A program made the translations under genes and the position numbers. From the NCBI GenBank assembly GCA_976226885.1, contig OZ320314.1, forward strand, positions 67,332,001-67,396,000: a stretch of 64,000 nt of DNA, written 5' to 3'. Under the pieces are notes generated by a model. It was not told where the DNA came from, did no database searches, and saw only the letters and a program-made list of their open reading frames with translations. Every line of letters begins with the position of its first letter. The first letter of the stretch is position 1. This stretch comes from Iphione sp. A-MEVVRFRX5. Its lineage: Eukaryota. Positions 62,145 through 64,000 of the stretch are shown here, one piece after another.

Positions 62145-64000
62145 AATGCCTTTGGTGTGGATTTGTGTTTAGGATTGTCAGTAGGTGCACCATTCGGACG
62201 GGACGACGTTCGTAGAATTTTAGTTTTCAGCAGCCCCTCCCTGTGTTGAGCTGCTATAAATAAGTCAGTATGGTTTGCTCCTTATCTTTATATAGTCGGA
62301 AATACAATGGTCCGGGCAAAAAAAATAGTGTTGCACTAATACGGATAGAAACATGACATCATATCCAGCGTGAAAGAGACACTCTCTTAATATTGATATC
62401 AATCTCTTCCTTTCCAGGCAATACGACTGCTTTCTGGAACATACGTTCTACCAGTTTGTAGGGATAGTAAAAACACGTATACCTACGTACCTGTTTCCCG
62501 TCTCGACTTTATATGACACGAAGCTATTGGGAGTGCTGGGACTTTTTAAAGCTAAGGGCTAAGCTTACTAATGGTGGCGCTTCTGGAAATGGCGTGTCAG
62601 TGGAGAGTAATGAAGGGTAATCAGAGTGATTCGCTCCACCATATTTTTATATGATCAGTACGGCCCTAGATCCTCCTAATTGGCATGATATGTATGTTAT
62701 AAGTGCACCACCATAGCTAACAGGAATACGGATGTGGATGAGGAATGGTTGTTATATAGCTTCTCATTGACTTCGGAAAACCATGTCAGCTGAAATATGG
62801 GGTAGCTACTTGAGGAAACGCTCTGCTCACTAAGAGAAAAGTAAGGATTGAGTGAAGACCAACAAACTCTAACTATTCAGGACAGTATCATCCTAATGGA
62901 CAAGGTATTCCCACAAATGGGCTTTGAGACCATTCCCGCCGTCGGGAGGTTCCTTCAATGCATAAGAGTTACCCACTTGACAAGAGCACATTGACAGCGA
63001 GAGGTTAACTGGATGCTCCGAACCAAGGGCCGCCCGTTGATGAGTCTGCGGGGCTTTCAAGCACATTCTCCTAAATACAGGTAGAATTATGTGTAGTTTT
63101 AAGACGTATATTTTGTGTTTCTGCGTACTGTACCGGACGAAAATCGTAATCATTGCATTTGGTTTTAATTACCAATAAAATCAGTCAAACTATCAAATGT
63201 TCAGTGTGTAACATGGAAATAGAAGATCTCTGCGTAAAGTTAATGCTTATGTAATATGCATGTGATGAGTTTGTGTTCGTATGCATGTCACGTGCATATT
63301 AACATTTGCCTTGTACTCGGCTCTTTTCAATTTTTTGCCATCCCTTTGTTTCTCTCCCTATCTTATTTCTCTCTTGGTCTATCACTCTCAATCTATTTGC
63401 TGCCTATGCTTTTTACAAGTTCGTATGTTTAGGAGTCTCGCACTCCTGTATCTGTTTTCCTTTCCTTGTCTTTGCCTTTTTCTCACTCTTGGAATTAACA
63501 TGGATAAAGCTTTTCATATCTGTGAACTGAGGTGTCGTTGTGTGAATTCCTAAGTAGATGATCATTCAGGACAATTTTACATGCATACCAAAACGATTGT
63601 ACGAATCGAGGATATAATGCCGGGGTGTCGCTTAGGAAAGATGAAAAATGTTGAACTGTCTATTACCCTGAGATAAGGTCACAGCAATTTGATTTTTTTC
63701 AATTAGGATTTTCTAGCTTCGTATATATACAATCATTCTAATATCATATCATATACAGAGAGATGTGTACCTTCATTCAACGTTACGCTGAACTGGTGCA
63801 CAAAACTAGAAACTAGGTGTTGCCAGTAGAGGACTGTTTGATGTAGTTGATAACGACTAGTTATATTCGTCAAACGATAGGTCATGGAACGAAAACACAT
63901 GTATACTACAAGGCAAACGCGAATGAAACAATAGAGATAACGGTGAAATGTGAAAGTCTGACCGTCTAAGAACCGATTCTTTACCTATTAGTGAGAATCA

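Overview
Eukaryotic, intron-rich, TE-rich animal DNA. An annelid-like spiralian origin is inferred from the gene family and is not proven. (1) 255-26510 (+): the 3' part of a six-exon type I membrane receptor gene (SUEL/Gal-lectin, CUB, sushi-like, linker, TM, tail ending HIYESPHFQ). All six exons join in frame at GT-AG sites. (2) Its 16-kb intron holds a 10.46-kb PIF/Harbinger transposon (9023-19483, CTG TSD). It carries an intact spliced DDE transposase, a convergent 7-exon Myb/SANT gene and, inside a Myb intron, a third ~672-aa gene with an OTU-protease-like C-terminus plus two extra in-phase exons. (3) Two MITEs and several decayed TE remnants. (4) 37.9-58.4 kb: a decayed Crypton-type tyrosine recombinase and a decayed zinc-finger cassette are duplicated at ~99.7% identity (38171-43043 = 52914-57786). 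The two copies flank a Ty3/Gypsy element (truncated 5' LTR, tRNA-Leu PBS, gag, pol, no 3' LTR in place), and a solo LTR with ATAT TSD follows the second copy. After pol, the Gypsy carries a divergent TATA/CCAAT promoter driving two spliced accessory genes: an antisense ~247-aa protein with a terminal SIM-like motif and a sense 2xC2H2 zinc-finger protein. About ten copies of the palindrome CTGTGG-NN-CCACAG cover this promoter, and four more lie in the LTR. This is the best candidate for a novel self-regulating system. (5) 59.2-62.1 kb: a 5'-truncated CR1/L2-group LINE with two frameshifts. All domain calls come from motif recognition by eye; no database searches were run.
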